Source: Eledone cirrhosa
Lineage: Eukaryota
Assembly (NCBI GenBank): GCA_964016885.1
Contig: OZ024740.1
Location: 375,162,001-375,226,000 of the forward strand
Length of the DNA stretch: 64,000 bases
Direction: 5' to 3'
In this document: positions 14,056 to 28,589 of the stretch, one piece after another
Position numbering within the stretch: the first letter of the stretch is position 1
Layout of the letters: each line of letters opens with the position of its first letter
Notes under the pieces: generated by a model
The model's input: the letters and a program-made list of their open reading frames with translations, nothing else
The model's database searches: none
What the model was told of the DNA's origin: nothing
Made by a program: the position numbers and the translations under genes

Positions 14056-14469
14056 ATTGCTATCAATGTTTGAATAGTTCACGCAATGAATATTTGAGCC
14101 TAGAATCATAATGTGTAAAGTAAACTCCATTTATTCAGAGTACATTATTATGAGGAATATGTTCCGGTAATCCATTATCTTTGTACACCGTATTAATACG
14201 CATGTCGTTAAATAATAACGTAATTATATAAAATATGCTTGTCAGAGTGTACTGGGTGTATTTTATCATGATACCAACAGTACTTCCTTTTATGACAGCT
14301 GGTCAAACACAATAGATTCCCTCCACATCGGACCTGAAGGAAGAACCTCTCAGAGGATGACTGGATAATGTAGTGGGTAGTGCTACCTATTTACAGGAAT
14401 GGCATCACTTTTGTCATGTCCATAGATTACAGCTGAGATATACCATCCAATTAAAAGTGTAAAGTTTAT

Positions 14470-14640
14470 TGTTGGGTGACGCGCGTTTCGCTGTTGATCG
14501 GAGCAGATTTCGATATATGTCGATCTGGCCCGACTGTCATTGCTATATCAGAGGTCCGGCGAGCTTTTGATTTCAGAGTCGCGCCTGATCGATATAGATC
14601 GAAACTTGAGCTTAGGAGTAGCGTGGTGCGCGTCACCAAT
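14470..14640. mobile_element. Short fold-back / MITE-like element
   Basis: Imperfect inverted ends GGTGACGCGC...TTTCGATATATGTCGATC versus GATCGATATAGATCGAAA...GCGCGTCACC. Confidence 0.45.
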
Positions 14641-14674
14641 AGAGAAACGTAATGAAGGCTTAACAAACATCTGT

Positions 14675-14858
14675 CGGTGGATTGGCAGTATCGGTACAGG
14701 GTCGGACGCCAAGCTTTCCAGCATAGTTACGTCCCTTTACGATCTGACTTCAAATCCCACCGAGGTTGACTTTGCGTTTCATCCTTACAGGGTCGATAAA
14801 ATAAAGTACCACTAATGCACTGGGTAATTGCTGGCCTTGTACCTAAAGTAGAAACAAT

Positions 14859-14860
<2 letters not shown>
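14675..14860 (+). mobile_element. tRNA-headed SINE
   Basis: Full-length consensus match followed by (TA)n. Confidence 0.92.
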
Positions 14861-14915
<55 letters not shown>

Positions 14916-15069
14916 TAATAGAAGAGATGAGGAGGTTTCGTTTGCCAATGAGGGATATTTGTTGCGTATCAACCTGTTACGCGCATTTCGCAGAGGATTG
15001 GCTCAAGGTGACCCATAGGAGTTATGGACCTGACTCCAGCATCGATCAGCTCGTCACACTGGTGATGCG

Positions 15070-15137
<68 letters not shown>

Positions 15138-15315
15138 TATCTGTGAAACGCGCGTAATAGGTCGATGCGCAGTCGATGTCTTACATATGTGGTCGGAACT
15201 TCCTCGTTTGTTCTATTATATACATTTTGCCTGTGAATAGAGTGGTTGATTTGGTACCGACACCAGAATTTCAGCGTACTACCTACACACTATATATATA
15301 TATATATATATATAC

Positions 15316-15441
<126 letters not shown>

Positions 15442-15601
15442 GAGATCTAGAACGGGGGGTTCTTTTTGAACCTTACTGCCATTGAGCTTATTACAGAACA
15501 ATAAAATTGAGATGTTTTTATTTCAGTAACGCACTAAATTGAGAGATGCTGTGCTGAGAAGGATCCGTCTAACTCATGCAAGTGTGGAAATACGCATACA
15601 A

Positions 15602-15791
15602 ATAATTGTTTCTACTTTAGGCACAAGGCCAGCAAATTACCCAGTACATTACTGGTACTTTATTTTATCGACCCCGTAAGGATGAAAGGCAAAGTTAACC
15701 TCGGCGGGATTTGAACTCAGACTGTAAAGGGACGTAACTATGCTAGAAAGCATGGCGTCCAACCCTCTACCGATACTGCCAATTCACCGCC
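15602..15791 (-). mobile_element. tRNA-headed SINE
   Basis: Full-length reverse-complement match. Confidence 0.92.
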
Positions 15792-15824
15792 CTACAAATA
15801 CGCATACAAATAATGATGATGGTA

Positions 15825-18830
<3,006 letters not shown>

Positions 18831-18834
<4 letters not shown>

Positions 18835-19116
18835 TAGACATAGAATATTCGAAAATATTCTGTATGTTTATAATAAACATTTTGAAGACCTAATCGCTAT
18901 AGAATAGAATACGTCACGTATTACAATTAGATTCTCGATAAAAGCAAGGGAAGTAATCTACGCGTTTCATTCTCGTTAGAAATCATCAGGACTACATATC
19001 CAGTGCTTTTATCGAGAATGACACAGCTAGAGACTTATAGAATACTTAGCTGTGTACAGGAACTGGTTTGAAAGAGCGGTTGCCGGTCCGGCAGAAATTA
19101 GAAATTGGAATAAATG
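18831..19116 (-). repeat. Inverted (head-to-head) copy of the 310-bp HHR unit
   Basis: Reverse complement of the unit from CATTTATTCCAA to TCTATATT. It abuts the array at an ATG microhomology and has (TA)n on its outer side. Confidence 0.95.
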
Positions 19117-22100
19117 TCTATATTCACATATATATCGCTATTTCAGAGCATTTATTCCAATTTCTAATTTCTGCCGGACCGGCAACCGCTCTTTCAAACC
19201 AGTTCCTGTACACAGCTAAGTATTCTATAAGTCTCTAGCTGTGTCATTCTCGATAAAAGCACTGGATATGTAGTCCTGATGATTTCTAACGAGAATGAAA
19301 CGCGTAGATTACTTCCCTTGCTTTTATCGAGAATCTAATTGTAATACGTGACGTATTCTATTCTATAGCGATTAGGTCTTCAAAATGTTTATTATAAACA
19401 TACAGAATATTTTCGAATATTCTATGTCTATATTCACATATATATCGCTATTTCAGAGCATTTATTCCAATTTCTAATTTCTGCCGGACCGGCAACCGCT
19501 CTTTCAAACCAGTTCCTGTACACAGCTAAGTATTCTATAAGTCTCTAGCTGTGTCATTCTCGATAAAAGCACTGGATATGTAGTCCTGATGATTTCTAAC
19601 GAGAATGAAACGCGTAGATTACTTCCCTTGCTTTTATCGAGAATCTAATTGTAATACGTGACGTATTCTATTCTATAGCGATTAGGTCTTCAAAATGTTT
19701 ATTATAAACATACAGAATATTTTCGAATATTCTATGTCTATATTCACATATATATCGCTATTTCAGAGCATTTATTCCAATTTCTAATTTCTGCCGGACC
19801 GGCAACCGCTCTTTCAAACCAGTTCCTGTACACAGCTAAGTATTCTATAAGTCTCTAGCTGTGTCATTCTCGATAAAAGCACTGGATATGTAGTCCTGAT
19901 GATTTCTAACGAGAATGAAACGCGTAGATTACTTCCCTTGCTTTTATCGAGAATCTAATTGTAATACGTGACGTATTCTATTCTATAGCGATTAGGTCTT
20001 CAAAATGTTTATTATAAACATACAGAATATTTTCGAATATTCTATGTCTATATTCACATATATATCGCTATTTCAGAGCATTTATTCCAATTTCTAATTT
20101 CTGCCGGACCGGCAACCGCTCTTCCAAACCAGTTCCTGTACACAGCTAAGTATTCTATAAGTCTCTAGCTGTGTCATTCTCGATAAAAGCACTGGATATG
20201 TAGTCCTGATGATTTCTAACGAGAATGAAACGCGTAGATTACTTCCCTTGCTTTTATCGAGAATCTAATTGTAATACGTGACGTATTCTATTCTATAGCG
20301 ATTAGGTCTTCAAAATGTTTATTATAAACATACAGAATATTTTCGAATATTCTATGTCTATATTCACATATATATCGCTATTTCAGAGCATTTATTCCAA
20401 TTTCTAATTTCTGCCGGACCGGCAACCGCTCTTTCAAACCAGTTCCTGTACACAGCTAAGTATTCTATAAGTCTCTAGCTGTGTCATTCTCGATAAAAGC
20501 ACTGGATATGTAGTCCTGATGATTTCTAACGAGAATGAAACGCGTAGATTACTTCCCTTGCTTTTATCGAGAATCTAATTGTAATACGTGACGTATTCTA
20601 TTCTATAGCGATTAGGTCTTCAAAATGTTTATTATAAACATACAGAATATTTTCGAATATTCTATGTCTATATTCACATATATATCGCTATTTCAGAGCA
20701 TTTATTCCAATTTCTAATTTCTGCCGGACCGGCAACCGCTCTTTCAAACCAGTTCCTGTACACAGCTAAGTATTCTATAAGTCTCTAGCTGTGTCATTCT
20801 CGATAAAAGCACTGGATATGTAGTCCTGATGATTTCTAACGAGAATGAAACGCGTAGATTACTTCCCTTGCTTTTATCGAGAATCTAATTGTAATACGTG
20901 ACGTATTCTATTCTATAGCGATTAGGTCTTCAAAATGTTTATTATAAACATACAGAATATTTTCGAATATTCTATGTCTATATTCACATATATATCGCTA
21001 TTTCAGAGCATTTATTCCAATTTCTAATTTCTGCCGGACCGGCAACCGCTCTTTCAAACCAGTTCCTGTACACAGCTAAGTATTCTATAAGTCTCTAGCT
21101 GTGTCATTCTCGATAAAAGCACTGGATATGTACTCCTGATGATTTCTAACGAGAATGAAACGCGTAGATTACTTCCCTTGCTTTTATCGAGAATCTAATT
21201 GTAATACGTGACGTATTCTATTCTATAGCGATTAGGTCTTCAAAATGTTTATTATAAACATACAGAATATTTTCGAATATTCTATGTCTATATTCACATA
21301 TATATCGCTATTTCAGAGCATTTATTCCAATTTCTAATTTCTGCCGGACCGGCAACCGCTCTTTCAAACCAGTTCCTGTACACAGCTAAGTATTCTATAA
21401 GTCTCTAGCTGTGTCATTCTCGATAAAAGCACTGGATATGTAGTCCTGATGATTTCTAACGAGAATGAAACGCGTAGATTACTTCCCTTGCTTTTATCGA
21501 GAATTTAATTGTAATACGTGACGTATTCTATTCTATAGCGATTAGGTCTTCAAAATGTTTATTATAAACATACAGAATATTTTCGAATATTCTATGTCTA
21601 TATTCACATATATATCGCTATTTCAGAGCATTTATTCCAATTTCTAATTTCTGCCGGACCGGCAACCGCTCTTTCAAACCAGTTCCTGTACACAGCTAAG
21701 TATTCTATAAGTCTCTAGCTGTGTCATTCTCGATAAAAGCACTGGATATGTAGTCCTGATGATTTCTAACGAGAATGAAACGCGTAGATTACTTCCCTTG
21801 CTTTTATCGAGAATCTAATTGTAATACGTGACGTATTCTATTCTATAGCGATTAGGTCTTCAAAATGTTTATTATAAACATACAGAATATTTTCGAATAT
21901 TCTATGTCTATATTCACATATATATCGCTATTTCAGAGCATTTATTCCAATTTCTAATTTCTGCCGGACCGGCAACCGCTCTTTCAAACCAGTTCCTGTA
22001 CACAGCTAAGTATTCTATAAGTCTCTAGCTGTGTCATTCTCGATAAAAGCACTGGATATGTAGTCCTGATGATTTCTAACGAGAATGAAACGCGTAGATT

Positions 22101-22570
22101 ACTTCCCTTGCTTTTATCGAGAATCTAATTGTAATACGTGACGTATTCTATTCTATAGCGATTAGGTCTTCAAAATGTTTATTATAAACATACAGAATAT
22201 TTTCGAATATTCTATGTCTATATTCACATATATATCGCTATTTCAGAGCATTTATTCCAATTTCTAATTTCTGCCGGACCGGCAACCGCTCTTTCAAACC
22301 AGTTCCTGTACACAGCTAAGTATTCTATAAGTCTCTAGCTGTGTCATTCTCGATAAAAGCACTGGATATGTAGTCCTGATGATTTCTAACGAGAATGAAA
22401 CGCGTAGATTACTTCCCTTGCTTTTATCGAGAATCTAATTGTAATACGTGACGTATTCTATTCTATAGCGATTAGGTCTTCAAAATGTTTATTATAAACA
22501 TACAGAATATTTTCGAATATTCTATGTCTATATTCACATATATATCGCTATTTCAGAGCATTTATTCCAA
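19114..22570 (+). repeat. Tandem array of a 310-bp hammerhead-ribozyme unit (11 full copies plus 40 bp), retrozyme-like
   Basis: TATTCACATA recurs at 19121, 19431, ... 22531 (period 310). Only 3 substitutions were noticed (20124, 21133, 21505). No ORF. Ends in (TA)n. Confidence 0.95.
19246..19334 (+). ncRNA. Type I hammerhead ribozyme (repeated every 310 bp)
   Basis: Helix I GTAGTC/GATTAC, extended by a perfect 16-bp stem ATTCTCGATAAAAGCA/TGCTTTTATCGAGAAT. Core CTGATGA at 19276-19282, helix II TTCT-AACG-AGAA, GAAA at 19297-19300, palindromic helix III ACGCGT. Predicted GUA cleavage at 19306/19307. Confidence 0.9.
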
Positions 22571-22588
22571 TATATATATATATATATA

Positions 22589-25500
22589 GCGGCGATGAAT
22601 TAGTTTAGCGAGGTTTTTTATATGAAATCGTGTGTCGAAACAAGTATTGTTATACTTGGGGAGGGTCATATTTGTGTAGTATTGCCAGAATTAATAACAG
22701 AACACACTCACTGTTTGGTTGGTTTTCGCTTCTCGCTGTCTTTTATATCTGTAATCTAGCTTACTCGGTCCTCAATGTTGCCATTGACTGACCGACGGTC
22801 AAAAATAACACAGATACAATATAGACACAAACACATATATATAGTTTACATAAATACATAAATCTTTCGTTGCACATCTGCAACATCGTCAGTGGTGTTA
22901 TATTTTCCTCCTGTTGTGCTGTATGTCTACGCCATTTTTTATTCAGTCTGTCTATATATTTATTTATTTATTTGCTTGTTTGTTTATTTTATTTTGTCTT
23001 CTTTGCGCATGCGTTTGCGTGTGTGTATAGTGTTATGTTTGCTGTGTGACTAGTGTGTATACTGTTATGTTTGCTGGGTGACTAGTGTGTGTTTATGTGC
23101 TTGTGTATGTATTTATTTATCTTATTTTATTTACTTATTTATACTTCTCTTAGGTCAGTGTTGTTTGTTTGGATGTTGTTATTCCACTCATTCTTTCTGT
23201 TTAGCTTTGATCTTCTAATTTCTATTTCACTTGCCTCTCTGATTTGCCTATCTGCTGGGTCATTTCTATGTTTAGATATTATTCTAATTTCTATGTTGTC
23301 TATGTTACCGTCATGTTGGTGTCTAGCATGTTCGTATAGTACTTACCCGTTTTTTCGTCCTTTTAGTTCCCCCCAGTGTTGGTCTATCCTTTCACCTATG
23401 CTACGAGCTGTCTCGCCTATGTATGTTGTTGTCATTTTTCTGCAAATACCCTATGTACATCTTATGCTATAGACTACGTTTCTAGTTTTACAGTTTATCC
23501 GGGGGTTCACCTTACATATGATACATTTCCTATTGGTACAGTGGCTTTTCTTAAAAGGGTAGGTTTTGCTGATCAGGGATTTTATGGTGGTTCCTAGCTT
23601 TTCTACCACCATTATTTTTAAGTGGGTCCTTCTCAGGGCCTTTCTACACTGGTTAGCTAATTTCCCTCCAGGGGTGGCGTCCACAAACATGACACTCTGG
23701 TATCTCTGGTTGTCGTACCATGATGTGGCTTTCCCTATCTTATGTCTAGCCCTATCTAAGCTATTCCATGATTTGCTCCTGTATAATGGGCAAATTCCTT
23801 TCATGTCCAGTTCTATGAGGGTCTTATACTTTTCCATGGCTCCTTTGTATACTCTGACTCTGTCTCTTTGGTTGTAGCCAGAGAACTGCATGCGGTTGAT
23901 GAAGTGTTGGATGTGTCTTTCCATTTCTGTTGGGTCGCACATGCTGGACACATCCTTCATTACTCGTACCAAATCTGCGATCAGAATATTAAACTTAGCA
24001 CTACTGGACGTTGCTGAGTTTTTGAGTATCAGGTATTTGGAGGCCATGGGTTTAGCATAGTGTGAGTGGAGAATTTTGGCTCTCTCGTCTATAGTGTTAA
24101 TCCAGAGTTCTGTGTCTAATACAGGTTGTCTATTGTTAGGGTGTTTGGAAGGGAAGTCGATAGTTACAGTTATACTCTGGTGTATGGAATTAGCTATCTG
24201 CTGGATTCTTTCCATCGTGCTACGTTCTAAATCAAACTTGTTAGTGCTCTCTAGTGGGGGTGTTCTTATAACTATATTGATATCGTCTACATAACGAGAG
24301 TACATGATGAGGTCTATGGAACTTTCATTAAGGAGATCTTTAAGTCTCCTTTCCCACCATACCATGAAAAGGTTGGCAACATGACCAGCTATGCTGACGC
24401 CGATGGCTGCTCCCTCATTTTGGGTGTAGATTTTCTCATTGAACTTAAATATGTGGCCCTTTAGGGTAGTTTTGATACTAGCCCCTATTGCATGTGCGAC
24501 CATTTTTCTTACCTGATCATTGTTTTGGGGGGTCCGTATAGCTTTGGTCCACCCAATCCACCTTCCCATGGGAGTCTGTTTTGCCCTTGAGGTTATGGTG
24601 GGGGGACTACCTCTTATAGGTCTACTAGGGCAGAAACATCTAAGGTCATGGCTGTCTAGGTAGTCAGTGTCGTAGGTAAGTCTAAGTAGGAGGCCCAGTT
24701 CGTCTGTGTTGACGTCGCATAACTCCACCTCACTCTCAATGATCATCTCCACACATCTTTTCACAGCAAAATCAATGTTAATGGATGGGTACAGTAACAC
24801 CACAACCATGCTGCCTATTATGCAGTTGGATAGGCTCCTGTTTTTGTTGCACTCACTGATTCTGCTGAGGAGGTCTTCTGTACTGTCACATACATCTGGG
24901 GACATCTTGATTATGGGGCGTATAACCATTGAGAGAAAGTAGGAGATGCTGTAGTTGCTAGCTATATTAGCTCCGCATACGGGTCTTGTTGGTGGTCCTG
25001 TTGTCGGGTCGTCGACTGTCTTGTGGTCTTTGCGGAGCCCATACAAGTGTGGTATGACATTGTTAGACGCTTCGAAGTTGTTGGCAGTGCGTCTGCTTGG
25101 CTTTAGGATGTCAGTCCACATCATCATGTGAGCGTTGAGGATTTTTTCTCTCCCATCGTGTGTTTGTTGTGCAACTTCGCTCGTGTTGGTGATGTGGGGT
25201 TGCATAGCCTCGATGTAGTTCGGCATGCTATCTATTGACATCCTACCAGATTTATCTGTGGGTAGACACACTACCTCACCATCCCTTGTGCGCTGCTTGA
25301 GGCTAACCAAGCCTTCTACAGGTTTCCTCCCAAGTTGTTGGGCCTCTTGTCTGCTCTGTCTCTTAGTATACCTGTCTACTATTTGTCTAATCTTATTTCT
25401 AGCTATGGTGAACTGTGCCTCTGTCTCGTCATCTATTTGTTGGGGTATGCAAACTCTTTTATTAAAGGGTAACCTCGTAGGATAGATATTACCCATCTTA

Positions 25501-25721
25501 TATGTTTTGTCAGCTGGGTGGAAAAATAGTTTCTCTAAGGGGTTGTCCTTATATCTATCGTCATAGTTGTGTGTGTTGCTATTGTTGTTATCAGGGTGGT
25601 TGTTGTTGTTTCTATCATTACCATTATTATTATTGTTATGATTGCTACATGTATTGTTGTTTACTTCACCGTTATTGTTGTTGTTGTTACTGTTATTTCT
25701 ACCATTGTGGTTGTTACTTTT
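22589..25721 (-). mobile_element. Penelope-like element, Naiad-like (RT plus GIY-YIG), 5'-truncated
   Basis: ORF motifs PTDKSG, PTRPVCGA, LYPSI, YTQNEGAAIG, RYVDDI, PVLDTELW, YAKPMAS, a Cys-rich linker, and VVY...YIGETAR. The 3' end abuts (TA)n. Confidence 0.9.
23141..25721 (-). pseudogene. PLE RT-GIY-YIG ORF, inactivated
   Basis: Motif A Asp is replaced (GSMVVV rather than GSMDV). There is a TAG at 23451-23453 where the inverted copy has GAG. The first ~74 aa of the tracked ORF are read-through from the inverted arm. Confidence 0.85.
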
Positions 25722-26868
25722 ATTATACAGGAGCAAATCATGGAATAGCTTAGATAGGGCTAGACATAAGATAGGGAAAGCCACATCATGGTACGACAAC
25801 CAGAGATACCAGAGTGTCATGTTTGTGGACGCCACCCCTGGAGGGAAACTAGCTAACCAGTGTAGAAAGGCCCTGAGAAGGACCCACTTAAAAATAAAGG
25901 TGGTAGAAAAGCCAGGAACCACCATAAAATCCCTGATCAGCAAAACCTACCCTTTTAAGAGAACCCACTGTACCAATAGGAAATGTATCATATGTAAGGT
26001 GAACCCCCGGATAAACTGTAAAACTAGAAACGTAGTCTATAGCATAAGATGTACAGAGGGTATTTGCAGAAACATGACAACAACATACATAGGTGAGACA
26101 GCTCGTAGCATAGGTGAAAGGATAGACCAACACTGTGGGGAACTAAAAGGACGAAAAAACGGGTCAGTACTATACGAACATGCTAGACAACAACATGACG
26201 GTAACATAGACAACATAGAAATTAGAATAATATCTAAACATAGAAATGACCCAGCAGATAGGCAAATCAGAGAGGCCAGTGAAATAGAAATTAGAAGACC
26301 AAAGCTAAACAGAAAGAATGGGTGGAATAACAACAACACCCAAACAAACAACACTGACCTAAGAGAAGTATAAATAAGTAAATAAAATAAGATAAATAAA
26401 TACATACACAAGCACATAAACACACACTAGTCACCCATCAAACATAACACTATACACACTAGACACACAGCAAACATAACACTATACACACACGCAAACG
26501 CATGCGCAAAGAAGACAAAATAAAATAAACAAACAAGCAAATAAATAAATAAATATATAGACAGACTGAATAAAAAATGGCGTAGACATACAACACAACA
26601 GGAGGAAAATATAACACCACTGACGATGTTGCAGATGTGCAACGAAAGATTTATGTAAATTATGTAAACTATATATATGTGTTTGTGTCTATATTGTATC
26701 TGTGTTATTTTTGACCGTCGGTCAGTCAATGGCAACATTGAGGACCGAGTAAGCTAGATTACAGATATAAAAGACAGCGAGAAGCGAAAACCAACCAAAC
26801 AGTGAGTGTGTTCTGTTATTAATTCTGGCAATATTACACAAATATGACCCTCCCCAAGTATAACAATA
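25722..26868 (+). mobile_element. Inverted arm of the Naiad-like PLE (GIY-YIG plus pLTR)
   Basis: Reverse complement of 22645-23787. The GIY-YIG frame is open to 26373 and the arm ends in (TA)n. Confidence 0.92.
26613..26655 (+). ncRNA. Hammerhead-like motif in the Naiad-like pLTR (degenerate; also on the minus strand near 22860-22897 and 52008-52050)
   Basis: CTGACGA-tgttgca gatg tgcaac-GAAAG. Helices I and III are poorly formed. Confidence 0.5.
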
Positions 26869-26884
26869 TATATATATATACTGT

Positions 26885-27095
26885 AAGGTGGCCGTGTAGG
26901 AGACGGGGTGAAAAGGCTCCCACTCCACACTATAAAAGTGGTTGGAGTTAGGAAGGGCATCCAGCTGTAAAAAACCTGCCAGAGATGCTTCCGTGCGAGC
27001 GAGACATTGTCTCCCGACCATTCCCGCAACAAATGGATCAAAACCGTCTAACCCATGCTAACGTGTAAGATGGAAGTTAAACGATGATGATGATG
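26885..27095 (+). mobile_element. RTE-related short interspersed element
   Basis: GGTTGG.GTTAGGAAGGGCATCCAGCTGTAAAA motif and a 3' end AACCCATGCTA...GTTAAACG(ATG)n. Confidence 0.65.
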
Positions 27096-28589
27096 TTTAA
27101 AATATTAGTGAATAGTCTGAGAGCACTCTATGTGTATTTGATTATCATTTTGTGTTTTATGATGAGATATCGATAAATGGAAACCGTCAAGAATATTCCG
27201 CGGTAGAAAATATATAATCGCACAGCTCAGCTTCCAACAATTGTTTCAAGATACACAATCGAATTATTGGTAAGAGATTTTGAACTACTAAAGTACATTT
27301 ATCGTTGGCATAATTTAAATAAATCACACTCATTTCTTAAATGTGTTTTTGTGTGTTACTATAATTGAAACGATATTATATTAAAACCTATGTATTGATC
27401 TGTTAGAACTTTCAAACACCACTTCACCAATCTGTGAAGCAATTTATTGATTGATAAATAGAAACTTTGATAGTAAGTTTCTATTCCAATAAAATAATTA
27501 ACCTAACCATTTAACATATTAAAATAATGTAAATGTTATTAAATGCGTCTTATATAGAGATGCCAAATCACACAATAACAGAATTCAGTATACTTACGTA
27601 AGTCGTTATGAATAGTGACATTTCAAATAAATTGCAAATTTGATCATTCCTATAATATATAAAATCTACAAATCTACACGTGTATTAGAAAGTCTCCCCA
27701 TAAAATATAGCAATATTATTCACAATCATCGGAGACTAAAAGTTAGGCCCAATGAGAAATTAAAAAATCGTCAATTAAGATATATAAGGATTAGCAACAA
27801 TTGTTCGATGTAAATATTGGATGCTACGATTATGAATAGATAAAGAACGAGTAAGACCAAACTTTGAAAAATTGCTACACAACGAACCAAAAAGATATCC
27901 TCGCACACATATTTACAGGGACCGTCTCGTATTCACATCCAAAGTCAGTTTTCATCTTATGTTCCAGCTTTTTCTGACGAAGATAACCCTCAAACTCATC
28001 TAAGTCGCTCTTACCTCCGTTTTTCACTCCCACCTGTCATCTCACTTACCATCAACCTCCACCTTTTTTTCTCACATACAAACACTCGGCAATACAATTC
28101 AAACACACCTACTCTATGTCTTCCGATACTAACACTTTTTTATCCCTCCACTTTTCTTTATGCAAACTTGAGAATAGCTCCTGGTGCGTAGCTACTCCAT
28201 GACTCCATCAACCAATCGTATGCCTTCAGTGCTCGCGCCTCATAGTCACATATTAATTCACTCCGTATCACAGAATCTTTAAGCTACAATTCCACAAAAC
28301 GCTTCAGCTGCCTCAAATAATGGAGAGCGTCAGTTTTACTACTAGTTAGGTAAATAATCCATTCCTCGGTTAGTTTAGCAACCGGGTGTATGTTTGTCAT
28401 TCGTAATATTTAATTGGCAAAACACGTTCGTCACACATTCTCTGACCACCTCAGTGTGTAATATTGCTGTGGTATGTCATTTCATGTTTCTGCTTTTTAA
28501 CTATTTACTCCATATTCACTTTGTGTGGTGTGTATGTCATCTTCGAGTGCATGGCTGTTGTGCCTGTAATTTTGTCCTTGTGTTGATTC

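Noticed and set aside
19114-22570. CRISPR-like array
   Set aside because: Units are identical along their whole length with no variable spacers, there are no cas genes, and the context is eukaryotic.
23451-23453. Selenocysteine recoding, as known for some Naiad elements
   Set aside because: The in-frame stop is TAG, not TGA, and the inverted copy has GAG, so it is a simple nonsense mutation.
25722-25943. N-terminus of the 830-aa ORF as a real domain
   Set aside because: It is the antisense reading of the inverted arm fused at the 25722 junction.
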